Assembly: GCA_032718475.1 (NCBI GenBank)
Contig: JAUCBJ010007242.1
Location: forward strand, 62,001 to 126,000
Reading direction: 5' to 3'
Source: Nemertoderma westbladi
Lineage: Eukaryota; Animalia; Xenacoelomorpha
Length of the DNA stretch: 64,000 bases
Shown here: positions 47,280 to 60,151 of the stretch, piece by piece
How the letters are laid out: every line of letters begins with the position of its first letter
Position numbering within the stretch: position 1 is the first letter of the stretch
Notes under the pieces: model-generated
Database searches by the model: none
What the model was told of the DNA's origin: nothing
What the model saw: the letters and a program-made list of their open reading frames with translations, nothing else
Translations under genes and position numbers: made by a program

Positions 47280-50085
47280 ATAGATATATTTATTTATACA
47301 TTATGTAAAAAACAATAACCAATACACCAAACAATGTACCGGTATAAAGGTATTGTCCAACATAACATATAGGATTACCCCTAAAGCTTTGCAGCTTATT
47401 TCCAAGGCGGTCCTTTATGTTACTTGGTTACAAATACAATATTACACTACGCTAACCTAAAACCAATATAAAACGTAATTACACTTACTATGTACATGTA
47501 CAACTTTACCGAGAGCGTGACAATGTCCGACTCAACGATAAAGATCCCTGCAAACAATGTATTGTTAAAAAGCTGTTATTAAAATGTTATTTAATGACAT
47601 AGATAACATTATTTCAAATTGTTAGATTAATGGTAAAAAAACTGTAAATTGGCCAAGAAATATGACGTTATATACTAACGTTATTATTTCGTTTTTAATA
47701 ACATTAAAATAACAAAGCCAGGATGGTTACATATCATTACTTTTATGTTATTCCTTATCATTATTATTGTATTTTTATTGACATTAAAATAACAACGGCA
47801 TAATGTTTATTTAGATCGTTACTTTTATGTTATTTCTTAACATAAAAATATTGTTTGATAAAAACGTAACATTATATGTGCATTTAAGCCCTTCTCTCAT
47901 GTTTTATGGTTGGTTCGCTTGCTCAAACTAATAATCCCCCTCCATTGCCGTTCTTTATATCGTTCTTTATAATTGCCAAACCCTTTATTGAATAATTAAT
48001 TAATAATTTCCCTACGCATGTTGATATCGTAGTGGCAGGCTACAATCTCTAACACAGTTTGATTGAATCCAATTTTGTTGTAGGCAATTGTATGCAAATT
48101 AATAACAATTAAAACGTATAACATGAATTGAATTTTTTGTATAATGACCAGTCAGGAACAAATAATGAAATAAACAGCAAAATCAAAGTAAAATATCGCA
48201 GAATAAGTAAACAACAAATATATGGCTGTATGGCCCATCTGCCCATTACGTAAATGGTTTTGATATTTCGGTTAAAGTTAATCACAGACTTAAAAATAAT
48301 ATGTTTATGACGTAATAATAAGTGACAACAACGTAATGAATTGCATCAATTAAAATACTTTAAGTTAATATTATTCACTAGATTTATAGATCTGATTTGT
48401 AGTCTATATAAAATAATGTACATATAGTGGGTTTAATAAATAATACCTCACAACAATGTTAAATTATTAAAAGGAGCAGGTTACAGTTGGCTACAGAGGC
48501 ACATTATTATATCCTACGGGTAAACAAAAAAAAACAGGTTACAGATTTATTTCTGGGAGAGTAATCAGTACTTATTTGAATCGATTTCTCCCTGGAGAGG
48601 GATGAATTTGATTGCATCGCAAATCCTCCCAATCTGAACAAATCATATTTAAAAAATTAAATGTTAATTATAATTATAGCTGAGTGAGCTTAATTTATTA
48701 AACTGTAAAAATAAATCAATAGGCCTAGGCCCTACAAAAGTACAATCTAAAAACTGAAACAATAAATAGTTTGTAATAACAGTTAATGTGAAGTTTTAAA
48801 ATCGAAATCGAATCGAAAGTTTTGTAGTAATGCTGTCCCTGTGCCCTGCCCCTTCAACTGAAAACTGGGACCTCCAAATAATAAGAATTCCAATCTTTAG
48901 TCCTCGGCTGTTGAAATCCACCATCAGTACAGACAAATAAGTCAATCCTCCACCTGTCAGTGCTGGTTTAAGGGGACTTCCTGGTCCTGGCAGACTTGAA
49001 TTCTGTAATTGGTAGGTCTAATGCAGTAATGTGTGAATCCAGAGGGTAAAGGCGAACTCGCATTCAGGTATAGATATGTTTTATTTATGAGTTCAGGTTA
49101 AATAAATCACAAAACCAAAACTATAAAACCAAAAATATAAGCTACTGTACAGTGCAGTAGGCCTGCAGTAACTACACTACAGTAATATAGAGATAGGCCT
49201 TGCAGTACAGCAGTATAACAATACATATACACATAAAACATTGAATACAGGCACACCAGAATGAGTATTGTACAACATACCATACTGTATACCATTTACA
49301 TGTGGAAAATTCCTCCATTACCGCGAATTTTAAAATTAGCCAATCATCAATCTCAGATTAGATAATAGAAGTGACAGCGTCTATCGCATAATGTTTATTT
49401 TATGTGACAAAATAACATTGTTCTGATATGTAACAAACCATGTTCATAAAATGTTAGAACTAAACACTTATAAAACATTTTTGACTAATGTTTATGTTCT
49501 CACATTAAAATTACGTTTTTTTAACATCAACAGTTATCATTTATTTAATGTCTGACAAAGACATTATAGAGTAATGTTAAAATAACATATATTGAACATC
49601 TAAATATTCTATCAAACAAGGAAATAACATTTATCAACATTTATAACAAATTAATGATGTTTTTCTGACATTCCTTGAAAGTAAATTGTTTGCAGGGATG
49701 TAATGTACAGAACAATTTATTATAAAACGTAATTACAGTATAAATAGTAAATAATTAATAAACTAATAACTTACTGTAGGACTATTGTACCTATTTTTAC
49801 ATTGCACACGGAGGTGAGATTTAACTGCAGATTTAAAAGAATGTTGATTATTTAGGTTTTTAATTTCATTAGGCAGAGCGTTCCAATTTTTAATGCCGTT
49901 AAAAAAGAAAGTATCAGATTCAAAGGATTTACAATTCGGGAGGTAGAAGTTTGAAGCACTAGCTCTGGTACTATAAGAGTGTGTATCACGTACTCTGTTG
50001 AATTTTTGTTTTAGGTAATTGGGACATTTACCATTATACACTTTATGCACATGGTTAAGGCGTAGCTGCTTAACTCTACTATCTA
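47280..50085 (-). mobile_element. 5'-truncated CR1-group (Crack/L2-like) LINE, split by a DNA transposon
   Basis: C-terminal ORF 49763-50050 (HSYSTRAS...TFFFNGIKNWNALP...SFKSAVK). The 3' UTR segments 49700-49762 and 47280-47545 are collinear with 38610-39000. Confidence 0.8.
47546..49697. mobile_element. Non-autonomous DNA transposon with CCCTGCAAACAAT TIRs (EnSpm/CACTA-like, apparent AT TSD)
   Basis: A 13-bp perfect TIR at both ends that precisely interrupts the LINE 3' UTR, plus AACATT-type subterminal repeats. The TSD length is ambiguous. Confidence 0.75.
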
Positions 50086-50109
50086 AGTTACTGTAAGTAG
50101 TCCAGATTC

Positions 50110-52930
50110 AGAAAAGTCATCTGGAGGCTCCGAAATATGTGCAACATGTTGAACATGAAAGAGAGCACATTTCTTTAGTGATGGTTAAAATCACGGAAAA
50201 CTAATCGGCGTGTTGAGTTACTATTTGAAACCCTGTCAATCAACTTTTCACGAAATTGTTTTCCACTGTCTCCAGCGTCTAATAGTTTTTTTACTGCTTT
50301 TGCCATCGGAGATGAGACAGAATCGGCAAGGCTAAGTGCAAACCACAGGAGTTCGTGTCTATCTGGGTCCTCAATCGCTTTAACTAGGAAGTTTAGCTGT
50401 CTTTTTTTGACGATTGTTTCAACATCTAAAAGACCAGATTCAAGAAACATAAGGTCGTGGCAAACAGAAAATCGGACTCCAAGGGCACCCTTTAGCATTT
50501 CACAATATTTTACATTAACACTAGTGACAGATGCACCGAGCCACGATTCACAGCCATACAGAAGAGCACTTGTTACACAAGCCCTCAGAACTTTGAGTTT
50601 TACACTTATTGGAGCCATATTATGCTTAGACAAGAATGAATGATACTTTAAAACGTGCTTTGATTTATCTTTTAAGTGCTGGTTAATAACATCTGAAATT
50701 CTCCCAGACTGAGCAATCGGAGAACCCAAGTAAACATAATGTGAACAGTTATTAATTGTAAGGCTGCTATCAATTACTATAGGATTTAGATCATCAGCTA
50801 CACCACCTATAACCATAAATTTAGTCTTTTTCTAGTTTATTCTTAGTCCAAATTAATTACAAAACTGCACTAGCGCCGTAAGGTTCTGAATACATTTAGG
50901 CCGAGACGTGGCTAATATTGCAGAGTCATCGACTAATAACAGTGCATGAAGGGCATTCAAAAAACCATCTGGGCCGAGAGACTTCAAGAGTTTTATTAGT
51001 GGGTTAACATACAGAGTAAATAAGTGTAAGCTGGATGGCCCACCCTGCAAAACTCCAACAGATATGATGAACTTTTCATCTCCAATACACCCATAGGACA
51101 ACCTATACAACTCCCGTAAGGCATTTAACATCCGCGTACCGCAACCCCATATCATGCAGCAGATCAGTAAGCTTCTTCCTGTTGACGGTATCAAATGCGG
51201 CTGAGAAATCTACAAAAACAATGAAGAGCTTTTGCTTTGTAAATTACGAATAATTGATAATTAGTTGTAAAGTTGTTATTTGTTCTAAGCAGTCTCTATG
51301 CTTCTGAGCACCTGCCTGCTCCTTGTCTGGATTAGCCCATAGACGGATCCGGGAGTGTAACATACTATCATAAAAGTTTTAAAAAATGCAACCATAACCC
51401 AATACCACGATAATTGCTACAAAGTGATTTATCATCACGTTTGAATACAGGAACAAACTTGCTAGTTCTCCATGCTGAAGGAAAGTCACCACTAAACACA
51501 ATGTTAAAAAGGGTAATTAAAAGTTTGATAAGTGCTATTGGGCTATGGCGTAGCAAACCTGGCCCAAGTCCATCCACGCCTGATGATTTATTGGGTTTGA
51601 GTTTACTGATATGATATTTCACTTCTTCTTCCGATATGTCATCATCGAGGACAGGGATGTATGGACCTGTTGTATACGGTTGGTTTAATGTATCTCTCTC
51701 CAAAGTTTCAGCGTCTTGATTATTAAGTAGCTTACTAAAATAAGAAACAAAATCGCGATCTAAAGGTGTGGTGTCGGTAGTTTGTTCAGGCCTACAAGTA
51801 ATTTTTCCTTTCCAGTTTATTCTATCCCAGATAGCCTTGGGGCTACCTGCCGTAAGTAAAGATATCCAAGAGCTCCCAGGTGAAGAGTTTCCATTGAGAC
51901 TACTTTGGTTTTTACGACGGCTGTTTGCTGCACAGGAAATTAATGAATAAACAACAGTTCTAGCCACATAATCAGATGAACTGTCACACGGAATGTTCAT
52001 AGCTGTAATTGACGACTGCACCTCATTATTATATTTATTCGTGTCTACATTGTCTGGATAGTAGCTCGCATGTTTCGGCCCTAAATTCGCCTTTTCGTAG
52101 TAACTATAGTCACCTAGGTGAGACGTGAGAAGCAGCAAGCGATATTGATGATGAAGGTACCCCATTTATATCGAATCTCATATTCAGATAGATAGGTGAG
52201 TGATCAGATGGTAGATTATTTAACTGTAACACATCGAAACTATCAATTAACGGTAATAATTTTAAGCTTATTAACGCGCAGTCGATTTCAGAGATGTACA
52301 TGTCTTTCCGTTTAAACGTCAAACCGCCGCCTAATGAACGACTATTGAACGTTGCATGGCTAAGGTTTTCTAATTCGCAGTCTTCACAACGCTGTATCAA
52401 TATTTTGCCATTGCTATTTCTGAAAGTGTCGATGACATTTTTAAAAGTTACAATAGATTTGCAATATTGAAAGCATCATTTAGATCACCAAATCTGGAAT
52501 TTATATCCCCCATCAATACAATACTTTCATGTCTTGCCACACCCAGACTGCCAGAACTTTACTATGAATGTCTGCTATAATTGTGGGATCGAAATAGCAT
52601 GAGTCTGAAGGGGGTAAGTATAAGTACGCCGTACCGAAACCGCGAAAATTATATCGGGAATATTTTTTAAGCGAAACCATATTTGTTCATGCGACTTATC
52701 GATACAGTATAAAAGTGGCTATAGACTGTTCTTCACAAGTACGGCAACACCACCTCGGTGACCTTTTTCTGTAGCTATATTACGTATGGCAACAAAACCA
52801 GGGACACAGAATGGGTATGAAGTTTTTAACTCTTGAATAAATACGAAATCCATTCTACTAAATAAATCCAGTACATTTGGTGAAAAAAATTTCTCAGCAA
52901 TTCCACCCATATTCCATGATAAAAAAGAAA
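50110..52930 (-). mobile_element. Decayed APE-RT LINE ORF2 (RTEX-like)
   Basis: APE motifs SWNMGG, FIQE, GGVAVLVK, GDINS and SDHSPI. RT motifs KSSGVDG, NYRGI, EQAGAQK, FVDFSAAFD, GVLQGGPSS..LF, LLVDD, YLGS and LLYGCESW. There are many frameshifts, and the clade is inferred. Confidence 0.88.
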
Positions 52931-53849
52931 GACTATTAAACCGGTATAGGATTATTGTACGATTGGGCCTACAGCATATGACAGTTGATAATTTATTATT
53001 TATGTTATTATTAAAGTTGATCAGTGAAGTTGATTACTGATCAGATAGATTAATATGCTTAATAAGTATTTGTGCCTTTTTAACTTACAATGTACAGTAG
53101 GCGTACTTTACATCAGTAAATCTGATTGTCCTCCAGACTCCTGGATTAGGCCTACATCAATTTGCAGGGATAAAGTTGAGGCAGGGTCTGATAGTCTGTG
53201 TAGGCCTAATGTGCACACTATCAACCCAAATAGAAATATTATCCTCAACGGCGGTTCTTTCAGTTTGCGTCCTAATTAAACCCCCAAATTAACAACACTC
53301 ACTGATTAACTTATCTTGACTCCATACTTTGGCTGAAAACCTCAATGACATAGGGGTGCCTACTCACCGCAACAGTGCTTTTCATAGCTCTTGAATCTTG
53401 AGTGCTTCAAACTATCAATACTTGTATCTCAACAAACTGATGTTGATAATGTACTTCCTGAAGTCTTTAAGATAAGAAACTTTATTAAAGAAGTGTGACC
53501 TTACCCCCCCCCCCCCCCCCCCTTCCTGCTTCTTCTTCAATTATTATGGTGGACTAACCAAAACAATAAACTAAACACAATACTGTATAGAACCAACCAA
53601 TTTCTCCTGGAGAGGGATGAATTTTTATTGCGTCCAGTCCCCCTCCCACCCCTATCTACTAGGATCGGCATGCTGCATTGCAGCTGCATTTTTAAGAAAG
53701 CTGTGCCGGCTATCTGGGGCTGTGACAGTATGAGCAAATTTCTTTAATTTCAAATATAAAAATATATATTACACCGTATTTTGATTGATTAATCCTGTAT
53801 AGTTTTTACATATTTGCCGTTTGTGATATACAGTAGTATCTACTGCAGA

Positions 53850-55363
53850 ATGGGAATACGACTGCAGAATCGCCATCTTAATATTCTTTATTGCCTCGAT
53901 TTCAAGCTATATATGTTATTATCATTTTACTAATTAAGCTCCTTAGGAAACCGCAGGCCTCCATCTCCAAGTGGTGTACCAATCCTGGGCAATTTAATCA
54001 GTGCGTGGAGGTCCAAACATTCACTGGTCATGACTTATTGGCAGTGGAGCAAAGAATTATCCTTCAATATTATTCGGGAGCGTGTCCCTGGCCGAAGCAT
54101 AATAGTGCTGAATTCCCTACAGTACCATTGATTAGACAGACTTATATCGAGCAAAGCAATCTGTTCTCTGGGCACAACAGTAGCATAACTAAAAGAGGAA
54201 TTATATTTTCCTCATGACATATATGGTACCATCAAAGGAAGTTATTTATTCATGTCAGTGATGCGACAATTCTATCTTGGGAAAATATCATTTGAGCAAC
54301 GTGTTGCAGAAGAAGCGAACTATCTTTGCCACTGGATGGAGGATCAAGAAGGTTCACCCTTTGATCCCTTTGTGATGCTTTTTTTTGTTTCTAATATTAT
54401 CAGTGGAATTGTATTTGGAAATCGTTTCGAATATGATGATCCTGAGTTTATATATCTCCTACAACTGGTACACCAATCAGTTCGTATTTTCGTTTTGCTC
54501 TATGCTTTTCCAAAGTTCATTGTTGATGCTTTGGTTAGTGACAATGCCAATCCCCACAAACTGTTCGCAAACATGGCTCAAGTTTGTCAGAAACATATAG
54601 TTCATCATCTGGAGACCATCGATTATCCTCCACTCCCAGGGATTACATAGATGCGCATCTCTTGTAAGAGAAGAAGTATTTAGATTCTCTAGATACCAAA
54701 ATTGCTGATTACTACAATGATTTGAATCTTTCCGAATCAATTAGAGACCTCTTCCTTGCAGGCAGTAAGACCACAAGTAGCGCACTCTACTGGTTCGTAC
54801 TAATTCTAGCCACACATCCTGATGTTCAGAGTAAATGTCAGAGTCTCCTAGATTCAGAGGTCGGCAGAGACCGACTACCAAATCTCAACGACGTCTCAAA
54901 GCTACCATATTATGAAGCTTGTCTACTGGAGGTTCTTCGATATGGGGTTATTTCGCCCTCGGATATCAGTCGTAAAGTTCCACGTGATGTAACTATCAAC
55001 TCCTTTACTATCCTGCCTAGCGATGTGGTCGTGATAAATATATGGGCTTTGCTGAGAGACCCTGTCGTCTGGGCCACGCCTACGGAATTCTATCCAGAAC
55101 ATTTCCTGACAGCAGATGGATCGGCTGTGGTCAAACCGGTTAATTTCCTTCCGTTTGGAGTTGAGGCAAGGTATTGTGCTGGACAGCGATTGGCTACCAT
55201 GGAGTTTCGGATTTTTAGCAGCCATATCGTCCATTCATTCACTTTTGTGGGTGAGGGAGAACTTCAGTTGGGTGAAGTGGAACATGGTGGAACACGATTC
55301 CTAAATCATATAAAATTCGTGCTATTTCAAGGTTTAAATTTTACTTTTAATACAGTAATTTAA
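53850..55363 (+). pseudogene. Cytochrome P450 (CYP2-clan-like) pseudogene, intronless
   Basis: Motifs: PPSPSGVPILGNL hinge, WYHQR, NIISGIVFGNRFEYDDPEF, I-helix DLFLAGSKTTS, EVLR, PEHF and heme loop FGVEARYCAG. There are several stops and frameshifts without intron-sized gaps, plus substitutions at conserved sites. Confidence 0.85.
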
Positions 55364-55730
55364 TCAAACTTTATGTATGTTTAATACTCGCCTTTGTGAG
55401 CCGACTTCGGTCTAAAACCAATATTATAATTATTATTAGATGCGCAATAATTTTTATTGTCCGTTTAAATAGTTTTTTTGTCCTTTTTTTTATTTTTTAT
55501 GTCCTCCAAAAATCTAATTTTAGGTTCCATGCTACCGGTTTCTCTACTGCTGTTCTCTCAGGCTATCAGTACCGGTATTAGTATATATAGCATTATTTTG
55601 CTGCATTGTATGTACAGATGTAGGTATAAAGCCGTCATTTCTGTATTTTAGTACCGGCACCGGTACTGCTGTAGGCCTACTGTGTAGCCTACCATTTAAA
55701 TACGGTACTGGGAGGCCTACCGGCTGACCG

Positions 55731-56262
55731 GTTGTTTTGGTTAGAAAATCCCGCCTCTGTAACCTGCTCCTTTCCTTCATTTTGTAAAGTGACTGTTTAT
55801 TGTTTGGTTAGAAAATCCCGCCTCTGTAACCTGCCCCTTTCCCTCAATTAATTAAGTGATCGTTTATTGTTTTGGTTAGGACATCCCGCCTCTGTAACCT
55901 GCTCCGTTCTCTCAATTGGTAATGTTATCGTTTATTTGTTTTGGTTAGAAAATCCCGTCTCTGTAACCTGCTCCTTTCCCTGATTTGGTAAAGTGACTGT
56001 TTGTTGTTTTGGTTAGAAAATCCCGCATCTGTAACCTGCTCCTTTCTCTCAATTGGTAATGTTATCGTTTATTGTTTTGGTTAGAAAATCCCGTCTCTGT
56101 AACCTGCTCCTTTCCCTCAATTAGTTCAATGATCGTTTATTGTTTTGGTTAGAAAATCCCGCCTCTGTAACCTGCTCGTTTCCCAGATTTGGTAAAGTGA
56201 CTGTTTGTTGTTTTGGTTAGAAAATCCGGCCTTAACCTGTTCCTTTCCATCAATTGGTAATT
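55731..56262. repeat. Tandem repeat, about 68-bp unit, 8 copies
   Basis: TTGTTTTGGTTAGAAAATCCCGCCTCTGTAACCTGCTCCTTT at a spacing of 67-69 bp. Confidence 0.92.
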
Positions 56263-58693
56263 GTTTTTGGCTATAAAATGAGTGTTTTGCTACGTCATGT
56301 GGTAATCGATTATCGACAACAACCACAAAATATTAAATTTAGAGTCTTTTACCACAGGCGCATATGGAATTCTATCTCATAGTCTATAAATCATGGAATC
56401 ATGGAATGTTTTGGCACAGGCATAGTGAAATCAACTGTCCGACAGACCAGAAATCAACAAATTTTGAATGTTTTTGCATAGGCATGTTGAAATCAACTGT
56501 CTGACAGTCCAGAAATCAGCAGTCTGACAGTTTGAAGAAATACATACATAAAAAGTCATTAAAAGGACAATAAAAGTCATTAAAAGGACAACAAAAGTCA
56601 TTATGCACAATTCGTAAAAAAAGGAGGACAAAAAAAGTCAAATAAAAGGACATAAAAAATCACTGCCTATTAGATGTGGCAGGCCTGAATGAATCTACAG
56701 CATTATTTTGGTGATAATTTAACATTGAGAAGAAATATATTTCGCCGAGATGGAATTTGATAGAAGTTTCCATCCTGTTTCTTCTATTGGCAAGGTCGCA
56801 AGGGCTTACAGTATTTTATCGGCCTGTAGTGCGAATCTACCAATCCCGGATTGTTAGCTGTAAAAACGAGTAAAAAATCGATTAATGAAACACTCGTAAA
56901 CTCGAAACAATCGTATTTTGATGTCACAAATTCCATCTACTGTAATAATATAACTATTTAAGTGGTGGCTAAAAAGTAGGCTTTTTTTTTCGAGCGTTAT
57001 TATTTGGCGAGCTTAGCGAGACAAATAAGAAAACAAGACAAAAAATGTTACTTTATGCCACCACTTACAGACAACATGTTGACCAGCGTTCTGAGATAAG
57101 ATTACATCATGTTTATTACATAAGAGTACCTACCTCTATTGCTATTTAATTACATTAATATATCATCCCTTTTTTTCCTTTAAAATGAAATCCATATAAT
57201 TAATCAACTATTTCTAACGAGTAATGTACTCACAAACCTTTCTGGTGTGAAAATTAAACTTCACTGTAAATAAGTTATTCAATGAAATATACTGCATCTC
57301 AGAGAATAGAGCGGTTTTGTTTCGTGTTAGTTCACAATTTAATAAGAAGTGGGTTTCATCTTGTATGCTAATATTATTACACGGGCAAAGCCTAAGTTCT
57401 CTGGGTGTTCGCCTCCAACGCCCTTTCTCTATACGAAGGTTATGCGATGAGAGTCAAATTCTACAGTAGTAAAAGCTTTCCTAAATAGTCTGGAATAATA
57501 CTGTATGTCCTAATTGAGTAAATCGCATGAGAATTTAGCACAGTATTAATATTGTACGGTAGGTTAAAAATTTAGTTGCCGTGATACTATAGGTTTTTCC
57601 AAAATAGGTTAAATTAATTCATTAGCACCAGATAATTAAAGTTCAACCGCAGACATAAGATACCGAATTCTCTGCATAAATCTAACACTTGATGAATTGG
57701 GAGATTTAGATTACGACACGCTAGTATTTCAGTAATTTTGTCATGTTGTCATGATTTTTGTCATGTCTTTTTTTGGGGGGGGGGGGGGGGGGGGTGTGTG
57801 TGGAGTCAGTCGGAAACCTTTCTTTCTCAGATCTTTGGAGAAAATACGACGATGCCATAGTAACATTACGTTGTATATTAAAGTTAATTTATTTAGATAC
57901 AATAAGAATTTGACATTGGAAATGTTGTAAAATACAATAACGAATGAAATCTAGAATAACTCTATTTTAATGCATATTGCATTCTGTGCACACACACGGG
58001 AATGAATGGTGAGGATATCCTGTTTGGTGTGAAGCAATAAGAATTAATTTTTACTTTTTTTTTAGCAACTTAGTTATATTTTACTCTTTGAATGTGACCT
58101 AAACCCCTAGAACACGTGACATGATATTCTTGATAAATAATTCCTCCAATAATTTTTATTTGTTGTAAGTGACTTATTTTGACAAATCCATTAATAATTT
58201 AATAAAAAAAAAGTTATGTACGAATTAAATTACAAAGCTATTTCCATGACAATAATAATATTGCATTTAAATAGATAGCGCTGATGGTATCAACAGGTTA
58301 TTTTATATTCTAGAATATTATAGGGCCTTAATATGGCATATTTTGCTATTTCGCTTTATATTATTTCACTAGGGAAGAATTACAGTATGCTTCGATGGAC
58401 GATATTTATGCGGAAATAAGCCCAGATGAACTTACAATAAATAACAGATTATCTTACAAATAAAAAAAAATATTTTGTTTTGTTAAAATTTATTGTACAG
58501 GTAAATAAAAAATTTCAAAAATGTTGCCAGGAATTGGGCACCAATTAGGATAGACTCAGAATAAACAGTTTGTAGCAATCCATTTGTTACAGTTTACTAT
58601 TATGTATAGATAATGTACAATGAAGTTCATACAGTTATTGTAGACATATAAAACTTGTTTGTTTTTAGTAAGTATTTACTTAGTAGTTATAAG

Positions 58694-60151
58694 TTACTGA
58701 TATCCCGCTAGGCGACTTATGGTAGGGTAGCGTGTGCGCATAGCCAAGCACTTCTCCCTGCATATAAACAAGCTGTTATCTTTGATTGCAATCTCCTTCT
58801 CCAAAGCCATTCGGGTCTCCATGAGGTCACCTCTAGATGAATTCGCCATGTTAAGCTTATCTTTAAGAGCATCTATAGACCTTTGTATTTCATCGACTTC
58901 TTCGTGCAACCTCTTCTGAGCTGGATCATCAGTAAGCTCCATTCTAGGTCTTCTTGTTCTCCCTTCCAATCTAGAGTGGGCTTTCATCATAGGCGGTTCT
59001 TTTTCCTTTATGGCTCTCTCAAGATCTCGAATATTCTTCTCTTGTTTCGTAATTTCATCGCAAACCTTTTTGAGATGATCACCAAGCTTTCTCTTCGCAT
59101 CCAAGGTTTCCTCTAGACGTTTCACCACGGCAGTTTCCACAACATTTGCTTGTTCACGCATATCATTCGCCGCGTCTGTGAGAATGTCATCAACTATTCC
59201 TCGAAGTTGCATTGAAGCCATTCGTTCATTCTCTGCGCGTACGATGTTGTCATGCGTGTGTTGAGCCCAAGAAACTGTATCTGACACGGAACCATCAGAA
59301 TTACTCAGATCTTTATACTGAATATCTTGCGAGTTAAGATTAAGACTAGCTGCTTTACCATCGATGGTAAGCGCTTCAAATTTATCCGACCAATCTTTAT
59401 CTAACTCATGTTTAGCAGCTCTGTTCAACCTCATTTGTTTATCAACTTCCGCGGTAGCTCTCTTAAGAAGATCCTGTACCTTCTTGATCAAAGAAACCTC
59501 TTTTAGAAGCTCGACTTCTACGTTATCATGAACTAAATCGATACCTTGTCGACGTTCCCTGTTTCTCAAGCAATCAATCGCAATCATCAACGGTATCTGA
59601 GTGGCATCCAAAGCATTCTCTAAACGTCTCTTCTGGGCTTCGAGTAACTTATTCTCGTGTCTCATGTCTTCTATCTCGCGTTGAAGTTCATCTTTCCAAT
59701 TACGAATATCACGCATTCTCTCTTTAAGCTTCTTGGTGACATCTGCCTGAGTAGCTTTAGCTAGTGCATCAGTCTCTGCAATAAGATTCTTACTATCAAA
59801 TCGAAGTTTCTCCGAATTATCCCTATCAGCAAATGATTGATAATATTTGTTGTAGTTGTTTTGATGCCATTCTTCAATAGAATAAGGTGCTTCAATGAAT
59901 TCCTTGACTAGAGAAGCATCGTACGGGTCACCGAGCTTGAGACTGGCAATACCACTGTCTCCGGTATCTTGCCAATGCCTCTCTCCAAAACCTTGTCTAG
60001 CTTCGCAACCATCATACAACTCTCCCTGATCGTTGAGTAAAGTGCTTTTTGATGCTGTATAGGTGGGCGCAGTGGCATACGGTGGGAGTCTGATCTGACC
60101 TACAGAATGTCGCGTCCGTTCTAATGCTTCTTCTAGGTCCGGTGTCGGCAT
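58694..60151 (-). CDS. TEKT4: Tektin-4-like axonemal coiled-coil protein, 485 aa, intronless CDS
   Basis: EWHQNNYNKYYQSFADRDNSE, CLRNRERRQGIDLVHDNVEVELLKE, LEKEIAIKDNSLFI and a C-terminal LAGYQ are tektin hallmarks. The subfamily was assigned by recall. Confidence 0.92.
   Translation of the reverse strand: MPTPDLEEALERTRHSVGQIRLPPYATAPTYTASKSTLLNDQGELYDGCEARQGFGERHWQDTGDSGIASLKLGDPYDASLVKEFIEAPYSIEEWHQNNYNKYYQSFADRDNSEKLRFDSKNLIAETDALAKATQADVTKKLKERMRDIRNWKDELQREIEDMRHENKLLEAQKRRLENALDATQIPLMIAIDCLRNRERRQGIDLVHDNVEVELLKEVSLIKKVQDLLKRATAEVDKQMRLNRAAKHELDKDWSDKFEALTIDGKAASLNLNSQDIQYKDLSNSDGSVSDTVSWAQHTHDNIVRAENERMASMQLRGIVDDILTDAANDMREQANVVETAVVKRLEETLDAKRKLGDHLKKVCDEITKQEKNIRDLERAIKEKEPPMMKAHSRLEGRTRRPRMELTDDPAQKRLHEEVDEIQRSIDALKDKLNMANSSRGDLMETRMALEKEIAIKDNSLFICREKCLAMRTRYPTISRLAGYQ

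Noticed and set aside
53280-53470. Possible ORF1 remnant upstream of the RTEX-like ORF2
   Set aside because: There is only a vague SRFKSY-like similarity, with many stops.
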